From Podarcis tiliguerta (Eukaryota), in the NCBI GenBank assembly GCA_965153285.1, contig OZ229112.1: DNA of 64,000 bases; one strand, given 5' to 3'. The position numbers were made by a program, and so were the translations under genes. A model generated the notes under the pieces. It saw nothing but the letters and a program-made list of their open reading frames with translations, made no database searches and was not told where the DNA came from. The stretch's first letter is position 1. Every line of letters begins with the position of its first letter. Shown here in pieces: positions 12,096 through 25,061 of this stretch.

Positions 12096-13246
12096 TGAAG
12101 AGAGGAACCAGAATTAAACTATATTACCTCAAAGGTAACATATACTTTTTAAATACCAATATTGTGTATAGAATAGAAAGATCAAAGAAAGAATGAAAGA
12201 CCTAAATGTATTTTGTAGTGGTTCCCACTACAACAGAACCAAACTTTTCCAGTAATAATGTACAACATTGTTTTACTTTGACAAGCATCTGGGCTGAGTT
12301 TTATTATTAAGCGATTTGGCTGTTGCTGAAAATTGAGCAACAATGTATTGGCCATGTTTGCATGTAATAAGCTGTTAACAGTTGTGTGCTGGTGCATGCA
12401 GCCTGATCACTCCTTTCTTTCTCTTTTTGTGTAAGTGATTAAACAACATCAGAAAGGGGACATGCTTTGTGCTTTGTTCCTCCCAACAAGCCATTTCTAA
12501 ATAACAACAAACTTTGGTTGAAGGCCTGCTGGTACAGAGGGAGGAGAGATCAGGCCTCTTGTACCAGTATGTGCATAGTACGGTTTATTAAGCCAAGGCT
12601 CTTGGCTTATTGTTACATACAAATGTGGCCACTTTATTGCTGGTTTTAGATCATTTCACCTACTTGTTTTATGAGGTGCATTTTATTGTTTTGTATTAAA
12701 CTTTGTTAAGCTGTCCTGAGGGGCTCTATGCAGCCATGTGGCAGGCTAACACTGATAAATGAATAATTAAATTTCCATACACTGGTTCATTTAAAGTGTT
12801 ATGAATCTTTCAGCTAAAAGTTCTGCTGCCTTGATACAAGCAGGAAAGATGATGAAAGACTACATATATTAATTACGTCCTTCAGAACAAATCCAATACC
12901 TGCTTTAGAGAAGTGCCAAATTTCCATAATAAGCAGTTTTTTTAATATTTATTAATAGGGAATTTATATTCCAATTTTCCAGTTCTAGAAGGATGTAGTC
13001 AAGGCAGCTAAGGAAGTCTGTGTGCATGCTCTCTCTGTTAATGCTTTAGTTCTGGATAAATATGTACATAAAACTATTATAGTGGACAGAGTTGAAATCG
13101 TATAAGCAAAGAGCTAGAAAAACATACTTCAACCCTCATGTCTTGCATTTTGCAAGGCGTCAGCTCTTTGATTTAATACTATAAAGTATCTGGAAACCAA
13201 ATCATGACAAATAGATCTCTGCCACTGCAGTGACCAGGCGACTTAC

Positions 13247-13355
13247 CTGTCTGATTAAACTGTGAAGTGGCCTCCTCATCAGGTGAATAGCTGAGGCCCG
13301 AATGCTGAGGTGAAGTGCAGGAAGAGCCTCCATTAACTCTGGAATCTGTTTCAGG
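13247..13355 (-). CDS. UTRN: UTRN exon (DMD exon 76 equivalent, 109 nt)
   Basis: aatttag|CCT GAA ... ACA G|gtaagt; PETDSRVNGGSSCTSPQHSGLSYSPDEEATSQFNQT. Confidence 0.94.
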
Positions 13356-14796
13356 CTAAATTAGATTTTAAAATAATTTGAGTCTAGAAGTCCACTTCAG
13401 AATATCAAAGCATACTTTATATCATATGATATAATCTATTGGTACGGTTTTGATATCCAGGTTGGAGATGATGCTGATACAAATTTAATAAGATTAAATG
13501 AATAAAAGCATGGGTTACAGAGTTTGGTAAGGAATCTGTGGAACTAAATGTATTGCTTTGATTTGCTTTAGAATCGCCACACAGATTACTTAAATAGGTC
13601 TTTGGTGTATCTGGAAGAAACTAAAGAAGCCTGAATAAATGGGCTGAATTATTTCATTATTTCCCCTTCTTTTTAATTAACATGTCTTTTGTCAAGGTGC
13701 CACATGCCAGCTCTGCTTCACCTCCGAGTGTGACATTGTAATCAATCTTTCGGACAAAAATGACAGCATTTCACAAGGAGCACCAATCCTTTGGGCTTAC
13801 TAAAATAAAAATAGCCAGCACACCTCCCAATGGCAACCTGCAAGTTCCAGTGTAAAGACGTGCATCATTTTCTTCTTAACGACACACTCCAGTGTTCTAC
13901 GCTACTACACTGTATTCACCGGGCTCAATAAGTTTTCCTTCCCATAAGCTTTGAGATAATGCATCCACCTTGACAGGTTATTACTCTAATCAACACGATT
14001 CAGCCAACATATCACTATAATAAAGCCGACTTTAAAGAAGAGTGAGCGGCTAATGGGCAAATGATATATTGGAAGAACAAACAAACAACAGCTCACGCCA
14101 CAAGGTAACAAACTAGCTGTCAACGCATAGCCTATTTTCAAACTAATAACAACAGTACATAATCATATTTCTGTCTTTTAAGAAGAAATCTCTGAAGCTG
14201 TCAAATTAAGAGAAATATAATTGAGCTAGATTTTAAATTCATTCTCTCTCTCTACACACACACACAAACACTGAAAATTTCCAGAACTTCTCAAACAAGC
14301 TAAGGAAAAGTGGAATGAAAGCTTGGTTGAGTGTATAAGCTAAATAATTTGAATAATCTGTTGTGAAAACCATCAAAACAAGTGGCACTATTTTTAAGAA
14401 TGATTTTAGAAGGTTTGTAATTTCCAGGTGCCTCTATAACTATGCAACACTGGCTTTTAAGTACAGTCATTTCAGCATTAAAAACCTTAAAATATTCCCT
14501 TCAAATGTGTCTTTCCATTTTCCTGGCTGTGGCTATGGGAATAGCATTTGGAAACATTTGTAGCTAGGCATTTGTGAACAACATGGTTTTAATTTCAGCA
14601 TATGTCTTATAAAAACTTGAAAAGAGGGGCATTTTGAAGCTGTAGACAGACACTTAGCCTTGTATGACACAGCATGCCTGAAATTTACATGAAAGTGTAA
14701 TGGAATGAATTGAATTCAGAAGGAATCTAGTTTGGAAGGACACAGTGTCCCTAAATAACCTTTGTTGCCAAGGCAGAGCAAATCTGACTACTGTAC

Positions 14797-15040
14797 CTGC
14801 TCAAGCAACTGCCGTAGTCGGTGAAGTTGAGATTCCAGCTGCTTGTTGTGATCTTCCAAAATCTGCATTCTGGCCTCCAGTCGGCCTTTGTGTTGCCTTA
14901 AAAGTTTGGCCTCTGCAATGAGCTCAGCGTCTTCAGATGTGTGCTGTGGTGAAACAGCCGAGTCTGGCGGTGAGCTAGGTGCACTAATTCCTCTCCGAAG
15001 ATGCTGTTCCTTTAGTTGCTCATATTCGATTTGCAGCATC
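14797..15040 (-). CDS. UTRN: UTRN exon (DMD exon 75 equivalent, 244 nt), coiled coil H2
   Basis: ggtttag|G ATG CTG ... GAG CAG|gtacag; [17 protein letters not shown]...[44 protein letters not shown]. Confidence 0.96.
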
Positions 15041-16095
15041 CTAAACCCAGTTTTAAAAGAATAATAACCAGCAGATTTCATGGCAGCCTAGACACAGAAC
15101 AAATGCACTGGAAACATCTTCCCTTAAAAGAGCATGTCTGCCATCATTATTCTACAGTTATGGAACTTATGTAGCAGCTGCCAAGTTACAATAGACTGTA
15201 ACATATGCTTAGGCATGGCACATTGGAAACACATCAATAGACTAATGGGTGTCACTAGATACACTGAATGTTTTTTTTTTTTGCCAGATGTGGAAGTACA
15301 GTTTAAAGCAGGCTTTTTCAACCTGGTTTCCAAAACATCTGGAAGGCACCAGGTTGGGGAAGGCTAAGTCTTCACTGTCAAACCCACCTCCGCTCTTGAT
15401 TTCTCGCCACCTGATTAGTCTACACCAGATGCCATGCTGCAAATGCATTAGCTGCTTTCACTGCAAAGCACTCTTTTTGTATGGATGATGAAGAAAATTC
15501 TATCTGGGTTGATGCCATACAAGTCACCTCTTGATGCTTAAACCAAGTGGTGAACATGTGTGGTGTTACTCAACATCCAGTTTTTGGGGAAGCCAGGGAC
15601 TGAACCCTTTGGCATGCAAAACATGAACTCTACCACTGAGTTATGAACCGCATTCTTAAGAGGAACAGTATGGCTTTGGCTCACTTCAAATCAAGTTTAA
15701 AGAAGAAAATAGAATGATTAAATAACTGCCTTGAATTTAAACGAGGAGAGGGGAGGCCCAAGCTAACCAGTGGAGGGTTCCAGGCATCAGGACTGGGTTG
15801 AACAATGATTTATATTGGAGAGTTGATTTATGGGGTGAATAAGGAAAGAGAGTAGAAGAAGAGAGGGGATAGTAGTGGCAAATAAAGGAAAAAGGCAATT
15901 CCCACCATTAAATTATTGGAGGATGATTTGGTTCCTCTGTTCCTCCTGTTTCATGAGCAGATGGTGCATGTGTTCTACGTGTAATTTTTTTTTAAAGTAA
16001 TCTCTAGCGCTAGTGCCCTTTTCACAACCAAGCCTGAAATATATGAGCACATATATCAAGATATGTTAATAATGCACAAGGGAAGATCACAGCAC

Positions 16096-16254
16096 CTTTG
16101 TTCCTCCTCAAGGTCAGCAATGATGCGCTCAAGCTCTCCGCGTTCTTCCTTCTCCACCGATTTCAAGATCTGTGCTGGGCTCTGTGGCTGACTCACTGGT
16201 GACTCCCCTCCCAGAGTCTGGCAGTACTGCTGGATAAGGGCATGCTCGTCTTCC
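16096..16254 (-). CDS. UTRN: UTRN exon (DMD exon 74 equivalent, 159 nt), syntrophin-binding / coiled coil H1
   Basis: tccctag|G GAA GAC ... CAA AG|gtgctg; [53 protein letters not shown]. Confidence 0.96.
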
Positions 16255-16538
16255 CTAGGGAAAAAGAAACCTAGCATAAATATCTTTTACATGACTAAGG
16301 CATAAATAACAATTGCTATAAATTCTTTACAGAAAGCATGAAGAGTGAAGCCATGGTGCATTTACAAATTCAATATCTTATGGGATAGCTGCAAATCTTG
16401 TAAGATGCAAAACTGCTGTGATGGATTGGCTTAAAGGAAGACAAACTCTGATTTCAGTATCTATCTTATTAAATGCTGCTTGAAACAATTATAAGGATTG
16501 TCCTCTGTTTTCTAAGGCTATGTTCTTATGCACAGTTA

Positions 16539-16937
16539 GGTCTAGTTCACACCCGTACACCCAACAAAGCAGGGAGGGTTAAAGTGATGTAGAGGTTCAC
16601 ACACAGCTGGAACTCAGTTTCAACTGGAAGGCAGTTCCGGCACCTCTCAGGTGGGCACCATTGCCATTACAAGAGAACAAGGAAGGTGTTCCTGGTGAGT
16701 TTAGGCACTTCTTTCTTGAGAAAAATAGCACTGTTCACATACATACACACTGTCACATCTAGGAGGTCATGCGGGATAGGTGGGCACCTCACAGATTTGA
16801 ATAATCCACCCCTTTTTCAGCAGACAGATACAAGTATATTCTCAAGGTGAAATGGCACAAATGAACTCAAAGCCTACTTCCTTGTCCCACTGTGGGACAA
16901 GGAGATTACCATGCCAGAGCAAAGTGTGAACTGGCCC
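16539..16937. mobile_element. PIF/Harbinger-like MITE with a nested hAT-like fragment (~16600-16735)
   Basis: TIRs GGTCTAGTTCACAC / GTGTGAACTGGCCC flanked by TTA TSD. Confidence 0.5.
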
Positions 16938-19234
16938 TTACACGCACACCAAACTCATATTTTAGCAGGACATGTACATACAGGATGACAACCAAAAGCT
17001 ATATGTATGCATGACCTCATTGCACCGTGTACATATCAGAGTTTCCAAAAGGTTGGGATTGCATTATTATTTAGCAAGAATCTGGAGTTGTTCTGACCCT
17101 GAATAAGGAATGTATTTATTTGCAAGAGAAACAGAAGCAGATGCATCTTTTGAAAACCAGCAACATCTCTCCCAACATTTTGTGCTTTGGACATCTGTTT
17201 TCCCAGCTAAATGTGTTGCATTCTGCATAACAACTTTCATTATATCTCTTGAAAAGTTAGATAATGAGCAAAAACAGGAAAAATATGTTCCCTGTATAAT
17301 ACCGGAGAGAGCAGACATTTTTAGATTGCACTTTCAAAAGAAACAGGCTGATGAAGAGAAGAGGAAAAAGAATTCCAGGTGGTAGACCTCTCCAGGTAAG
17401 ATAATATTTTAAATCGGACATGCCAAAAATAGTTGGAAGGGCCTAGAGGTTATCAAGTGCAAAACCCTGCTGCACACAGACCAAGATAATGTGCACATGA
17501 GATGCTTTCTCCACACAGATCAAACCACAAGGTCTAGATGACAGTATGCATTTTCATAAAGCTTCCTATGGATCAGATAGCTCCAGATGACTTAAGTAAG
17601 TGAGTAACAGATTGCTAGTTATAGAGATTGGAATGAGAGAGAAAAAACTGAAATTTAGAAGCTACCAACCTCACTTTACAATGTATTTGTAAGAAATCAA
17701 GCAAATTTTGTGACAGCTGGAAAGGTAACCTTGAAATAAAATGGGTGATGGACTCCCAGACCAACTTTGATTCACCAGACCATTCCTGGCATACTGCAAT
17801 CACCTCTCGCACACCTGAAGTCATTCTTATGCCAGGTATGAGGATGGTATGGGAGTAGCTTCAAAGGAAAACATGAGAGATTAAAGTGTGGTTCCTTTGC
17901 TGGAGCAAGGCACCCTCTGTCTACCCAGCACCTGATGGGCGGCAGGACTGTGCCTTGCTCCGGTATCACAAAGTGCTTTATATTGAAACTACACATGTTC
18001 AATATGTGCATGACTGTGTATACACACATCAAAGTGTCATAAAGATGTCACTAAAAGGGCGGAATAGGAGCAGAGCAAGGTGTTTGCAGGCTTTTTCAAT
18101 GGGTTTCAATTATATGTGATTTCATCAAGGCGTGCGGTGCCTTGGAACATATCCCCGCATAAACGAGGGGCTGCCTGTGCTGCTAAAATGGAGGAAGAAA
18201 CTTAGGAGGAAGGGATGCAATACAAGCCCCTTTGTGATCCTGGAGCCAGCCTCTCTGAAGGCAAGCTGAGTGCACACCTTCAAAGAGGCCCATCATCATT
18301 GGGACATCAGGCCTCACCAACCTGTGGGTCATTGAGTCAAAAATATTGTCCCTCACCAAGCCACTTTCTTATGTGGAGGATAGGGAAACTTTCCCACAAC
18401 GGGCCAGTGGCAAGCCAGCAGGTGTGGGTATTAACATACTTATTTTAATATTTTTTGTATGTAGATGCCTTAATGGAAGCCCCAGTATATATTATCCCAT
18501 TATGTTTTGCAGACAAATTCTACATTGCTGTTAACTAACAGGTGGTGCATGGAAAATATCCTATATCACAATGCATTTTTGAGGGTTTTTTGGGGTTTTT
18601 TTTGTAAAAAAGCTCATTTTCAATGGAAAATAAATGTACATAGCTACATTACATGAAAAGGTTATTCTGCAAAACTTATTTATTGTGCGATTTTATTAAA
18701 ATGTGAGCTATATCCATTATTCATTTCCTTTTAATTCAGAGGTTTCCATGTTAGTTCAAAACATGCAGCTTTGCTGTTATCTTCCTTTAGTTAGCTTACA
18801 CAAATCTAACTGCGATACTGCGATTGTCCTCGGCTGAAATTTCACTGCTGTGGAAGCTTCAATGTAATTTTCGGCTTTTACAGCACTCTAAAGTTATGCA
18901 GAATAAGAATTATTCCTCTTGAAATATGTAATGCTCAGCTGCCAGGTGAATCAGAAGTGAAGGAAAATAATTTTGAACAAAATTGAAGAATCTGATTACA
19001 GTCATCATGTTTGCTAAAAATAAATATATTCTAAATCTCTTTAAATTATAGAGTACAACTATTGCTTTTGAGCAGTCATGTTCAAAAACATGAGGAGTTG
19101 GAGGCACCTCAATGCTATCACAATATGCTAATAGGAAATTCAGGGGAATACATAGGATTGGGCCTTAATGGTTATTTTATTTTATTTTTTGTTTTTAAGC
19201 TGATATCAGAAATCATTATCTTCATTACAATATA

Positions 19235-19568
19235 AAGGACCCTGACCATTAGGTCCAGTCATGACCGACTGGGGTTGCGGCGCTCATCTCGCTTTATTGG
19301 CCGAGGGAGCCGGCGTACGGCTTCCAGGTCATGTGGCCAGCATGACTAAGCCGCTTCTGGCGAACCAGAGCAGTGCACGGAAACACTGTTTACCTTCCCG
19401 CTGGAGCGGTACCTATTTCTCTACTTGCACTTTGACGTGCTTTCAAACTGCTAGGTTGGCAGGAGCAGGGACCGAGCAACGGGAGCTCACCCAGTCGCGG
19501 GGATTCGAACCACCGACCTTCTGATCAGCAAGTCCTAGGCTCAGTGGTTTAACCCACAGCACCACCCT
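19235..19568 (-). mobile_element. Near full-length Sauria SINE (lacertid type)
   Basis: tRNA head (ggttcgaatcc), GTCATGCTGGCCACATGACC core, GGTCCTTTA tail, TSD ttcattacaa(t/c)ata. Confidence 0.9.
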
Positions 19569-20543
19569 TTCATTACAACATAGCTGAGTTCAAATTTCAA
19601 TTTCAAATATAAAGTGGCCGTCAAAACATACTTTTTAAATTTTACTTTTTTTTATTTAAAAAACCAAGATTGTTTTTCAAGCCGGGACCTGATCACACAT
19701 GCAGAAAAATATTCCATGACTTCAGTCACTGCAAATCTCTAAAGTACGAAGTGTTCAAATATGAACTTAGGTCAAGCCCTTAATTATTCTGACACCAGCC
19801 TCAATGGCAGGGAAAGGATTGAGATAAGTAAGCTATGCCACCGCGCACCACAATAAGTCCCCCACTTTCTACTGTTTCAATCTCAGATGTTTTGCAGAGG
19901 ACAAAGAGTGGGCGTATTGATTTGTCTATTATAAGCAGTATGCTCTGCAACTGATAACACTGTACTTCACCGAAGTAACACCTGACAAAGAAGCACCATC
20001 TATTTATGGAAGAGAGATAGCCTTGTTACAGATGCCGCTCCCCCCTCCCCAAATCTGCTTTTCTAACTGATTGGATTGAAAGGCGGAGTATTGTGCCAGC
20101 CTGAACAGCTCACCTGCCCACAGACAGATCTATCAGCTGCACAGTGACCCCAGTTGAATTCTTCCATACTGACAACCCATGCTAGAAGAAACGACAAGAA
20201 GCCAGCAGAAAACCCTCTGACACTGAGTCATAATGATACTGGAAATCCAGCTCCACAGAAGAAAGGGAGAGAGCAACTATAGATCAAAATTAGTGTGGCT
20301 CACACAAATAGTTATTACTTGCCCCAAAACTTTAAGTTCACTTAAGACAACCAGCACAGTCTTCCATTGTGGAGGAAGGTCATTGGAAACTAGAGCGTTT
20401 TGCTTAATACTGAGAGGGGTGATGTAAAATACAATGGAAGCTATTTTTCACTGCCACTTCTTAAAAGATGCATCTGTAAATGAGTAATCTCATTTACAAG
20501 TGCCAATGAAAATCTGTATTATATCACCATGTGCCCTCATCTA

Positions 20544-21750
20544 CACACACAAACACACACACACACACGCCCTTCCTGGTTCAGAACTGGGCTCAGGGTG
20601 GCTAACAACAAATTTAAAACACTTAATTGTAATATAACATAAAAGCAGCATAAAATTCTATAAAAGCATGAATAACAATAAAATTTAAAGTTCAAAAATC
20701 AATTTGGGGGAAATCTATCCAATAAACATTAGATAGTCACCAGGGCTAGCTGGCTGAATTAGTCATACTTGGGCCAGCGAGGAAGCCAGGGGAGAATTAG
20801 CTGTGGGGGTCTCAGAGCGGGTAATCTTCATAAAAGGGGAGGGGGAGGGAAGAGAAGGGAAATAAAAGATTAGGCTGAATTCAAATTAAAGGCCAGGCAG
20901 AATAGCTCTGTCTTACAGGCCTGGCAGAAGGAGGTTAAATCCTGAAGGGCCCTAGTCTCATGGGACAGAGCATTCCACCAGGTTGGAGCAATCACTGAAA
21001 AGGCTCTGTCTCTGGTGGAGGATAGTCAACTTCCTTAGGGTCCGGGACCTCTAAACTATGGTTATTCATGGACCTTGAGGTCCTCTGCGGGGCATACCAG
21101 GAGAGGCGGGCCTGTAAATACGAGGGCCCTAAGCCACAAAAGGCTTTAAAGGTCAAAACCAGCACCTTGAACCTAACCCTGTACTCCACCGGGAGCCAGT
21201 GCAAGTGGTAAAGCACTGGGTGAATGTGATGCTCCCATGGCAGGGACCCCGTGAGGAGTCTCACTGCAGCATTCTGCACCTGCTGGAGTTTCTGGGACAG
21301 TTTGAAGGGCAGCCCAGCATAGAGCAAATTACAGTAGTCAAGCCTAGAGGTGACCGTCGCATGGATCACTGTGGCCAGATCGGGGCGGGAAAGGTAATGC
21401 GGCGAAGATGGAAAAATGTCGCCTTGGCTGTTGCTGTAACCTGCGCCTCCATGGAAAGGGAGGCTTCAGGGATTACACCCAAACTCTTAACGGAAGGCAC
21501 TAGCACTAACTGGGCCCCCGCAAGAGAAGGGAGTTGGTGCCTCATCCCCATACCATCCCAACCCAGCCAGAGGACCTCTGTCTTCGAAGGATTTTATTTT
21601 AATCGGCTCCCACAAAACCATCCAGCCACAGCCTCCAAGCATCTGGTCAGTGTCTGGGGCCGAGTCGGTGTGGCCACCCATCAGCAGATAGAGCTGAGTG
21701 TCATCAGCATATTGGTGACAACTCAGCCCAAAGCTCTGGACAATCTGACT
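20544..21750 (-). mobile_element. 5'-truncated, frameshifted L2 LINE
   Basis: HQYADDTQLY RT motif, VTSRLDYCNLLYAGLP...KLQQVQNAA, (TG)n tail. Confidence 0.85.
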
Positions 21751-22267
21751 AGTAATGTACAAGCAGACCACAATGACATACTGGAATCTTTATCCTAGAG
21801 CAAAATACAGCAAACATTGGGCCATAGCTAACAAAGTAGCTCGTTGGTAGAACTTCTCCAAACAGCTTCTTCCTTTTGTCTCCCCATGCACCCCCTAAGT
21901 ATGCAGACTGGAAGAAAATATAAAACAAAAATGGGTTTTGCTCAAAAATTAGCTATGAGAACTGTTGGTAGGAACCTTTCTTGTAAACTACAGTATATTT
22001 TTGTGAGGAAATACATGCTGCCTCACACACAAAAATAAACCTCTCCTCTGTACTAAATTACTCTCTTTGGCTTATTGAACACTGCAAGTTTATGCTACCA
22101 GCTTACATACTACCAGTTTACGCTATTATGGCAGTGTGACATTAACGCAGATCCCGGAGAAGTTCTAATTGTTACTTGCTGGAAGCTAAATTCCACTGTA
22201 ATTGGTGAAGAATTATAAGCAAAGGAGTTGACCTTTTTTAGCAATTATACTTGTTTAATTTACTTAC

Positions 22268-22333
22268 ACACTTCCTGTGGTGGAGCTACCATCTGTGAAC
22301 AGAGAACCATTGGTCCGTTCCATCTGGGCCAGT
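22268..22333 (-). CDS. UTRN: UTRN exon (DMD exon 73 equivalent, 66 nt)
   Basis: cttttag|A CTG GCC ... AGT GT|gtaagt; LAQMERTNGSLFTDGSSTTGSV. Confidence 0.95.
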
Positions 22334-23501
22334 CTAAAAGAGAACAAGAACTCAGGCAAAAAAACCCAAATAAGACCACACTTCATTCTGCTTTGAGCCT
22401 ACTTTAGGTATGCTAGTTATAGCGTTAGACAATCAATGGAACTGAATGTGAGGATGACACACCAATTCGTAATTGATTCCACTGAATGTTTTCATGCTTA
22501 AAATCTATACCCCATCATGTCATCCTTTCTGTATAAACTGCTATTAGATCACTACTTCAATTTTTGTTGCTTCTTCATCAAGATTCATCTTCTTTCATCC
22601 TATCTTTTTTATCAAAACGTTTGTGCCTTTCAGTGGATCGAGGAGGAGATAGCTAAATCGCAAGCCATGTTTGGCTGACCTTCTAAGTGAAATCTACAAT
22701 TTGTCTTACTCATATCATTTAGGCCAGGCTGTAGGAGGATGCTTTTGAAATCAATGACAAAGCCATTGTACTATGTGCATTTCACTGAATCAAGGCAACA
22801 TGAAAATAAGCCCTATTGGAGGGTGTTAAATATATTTGTGAAAAACATATAGAATTATATTGAAAATGGACAAATTGAAGCGAAGACTGGAGCACTACCA
22901 CCTGCATGGAACCTATTGGAAAACTTGCAACGTATGGAGACCCTTTTCTGTTTGCTTCCTGCATCATAGATGCAGATGCTGGTGATGAAGAACAGGGCCT
23001 TCTCATTTGTGGCACCAAAGATGTGGAACTCAACCTTAACAAATCTTGCCTTCTTTATTAGTTTTAAGAAGTCAAGTGAAAACAGTTTTCTTTCATGCGG
23101 TACTTGGGATCAATTGAGTAATGAATCTGTGATTCATAATATTTCTGTTGGAGTTCTCAGTTTTTCTTATTTTAAATGTTTTAATCTGTTTTACTATTGT
23201 TTTTGTGTGCCTCTTCATGGAACCATTCAAGTAAAAGAAGTGCTTTAAAAATTCTATAGCCAGTCTACAATATTGGCCATCCTATAGCAGCTCTCTCCAG
23301 GGGGCCCAATAGCATCCTATAGCAGCTCTCCAGATGTGCCAATTTAATTAAATATTAAACTTTATCACCTTACTTTAACTTTCAGTGATTTCCTATACAA
23401 TTTTATGTACAGGTCTGTACAACAGACTTTTAAAAGCATATTCTATTTTGTCCACATCATGTTCTGCAATGTAAATAAAACGTACTTTCCCCTGTGCTTA
23501 C

Positions 23502-23567
23502 CTATTGGCATACTGCTCTATCCTGGAGTGTGTGTCGTCATGAAATAGTTGGGGAGACTGGGAGGGA
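23502..23567 (-). CDS. UTRN: UTRN exon (DMD exon 72 equivalent, 66 nt)
   Basis: ttgacag|T CCC TCC ... AAT AG|gtaagc; [22 protein letters not shown]. Confidence 0.95.
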
Positions 23568-23886
23568 CTGTCAAACCAAAGAGTAAAGGAAAATAAATGA
23601 AGACCAAATTGTAAAAAAAAAAAAGTTTAGGCAAACATAATGTTGTTCATATGAGTATTCATTAGCTGGGGAGTTCATGCAAATATATTACTAAGTGCAC
23701 AACATTCATTTACTTGGTTACAATCTGAATTTCTCCAGTGCCTATCCAACAGGAATGAATGAGAGATGCAGAAGAGCATGGTTGTGCACAGGAAGAAGCC
23801 TCATTAATTTTCATAGAACGCGCATAAGGAATTCTTAGTGGATTTAACCCAGCACCTCTTCAGGTGCGAGTATAGCAATTACTCAC

Positions 23887-23925
23887 TCATATTGCTCTGG
23901 CCACATACTGATGAGTGTAATAGGA
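23887..23925 (-). CDS. UTRN: UTRN exon (DMD exon 71 equivalent, 39 nt)
   Basis: cttgcag|T CCT ATT ... TAT GA|gtgagt; PITLISMWPEQYD. Confidence 0.93.
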   Translation of the reverse strand, partial: SYYTHQYVARAI

Positions 23926-25061
23926 CTGCAAGAAAAAAACACACACAGACAGAGAAAGGGAAGAAAAATAGAGGACAGCAAAAGTTAATGCAATTCAAGC
24001 AGGTAAAAAGCATGATCTGTTTATCCATTGGCCCTCCCAAATACTTTGGTTTAGCTATGACTGAGACATTAAAAAGTGAACCACAACAGAGACTTTAGCA
24101 CAACCTGCTCAAGACATTCAGACAAGCCTACCCAGATGTGCAGAATGCTTTCCCGTGTTTTAATCCGCTTTTAGCATATTGTTGATTTTGATTTGTATTT
24201 GAATGTTTAAAATACTTGTCGATAATTGTTTTTACTGATGTTACTGTTTTATTCTTTTGTAAACTGTGTTGAGCGTGTTATTGGTTTGTACAGCAAATAG
24301 TCCCAAACCAACTTAACTTCACTATCCCATGGCCAGAAGTGGAACTCACTTAAAACCTCAGGTCCTGAGGTTTCTGACATGAATGAGGATCACAGAACCA
24401 GAGTCAAAATGTGGAGGAAAAAATCACGATACGGAATTATGAAAAACATTGATGATGATGAGAGGCAGGACTATGATGTTGAAAGCGCTTCGCAATTCAG
24501 ACCGTGGGAAGCCAAAACAAAAATTATTACAATTTGGAAGACAATTGAACTTTTTTTATATTAGTTTTTTATTTTTATTGGATTGGATTTGATATGTTAA
24601 TTAGATGTTCTTATTGGAAAATTAATAAACGCTTTTTTAAAAAAACAAACAAACCTCATGTCCTTAACCACTAGGAATTTGTTTAAATCTTCCTAAAACC
24701 AACAGAACCAACTGCTTTCATTGGGAAAAATTCACTCCGATTATGCTGCACAGTTGTATTTGATTCCAGCATTTAGGTGTACTATCCAGTTTAAAAACTT
24801 CGGCATGGTTATTGTTGAACAAAAGGGGAAGCAGAAGGCAAGGGTATTCCAGAAGCGTGAATACTACATAGTAGTAATGCTGACTGTACTTTCATCTTAT
24901 TAATGATGCAGTTGAGGTGCCTACATACCTAGAAAAATACAGTTTAAGTTGAAAAAATCCTTAAGAATGAAAATACTTGTTGAGGACATCTTAGGTAGTA
25001 GCTGCATTTTCTCCTCTTTTCTCATGTTTGGAAAAGCATCTTCTCCTTCATGGAGAGCACG

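Noticed and set aside
21199-21798. 199-aa plus-strand ORF
   Set aside because: Antisense to a decayed L2 ORF2.
21780-22200. Other possible minus-strand splice acceptors (~21908, ~22196)
   Set aside because: Matching donors are weak and the reading frames give no support; chance-level signals.
23278-23333. Short direct duplication catcctatagcagctctc (also gctacacaggca x2 at ~9291-9314)
   Set aside because: Two-copy local duplications; not an array or a CRISPR-like structure.
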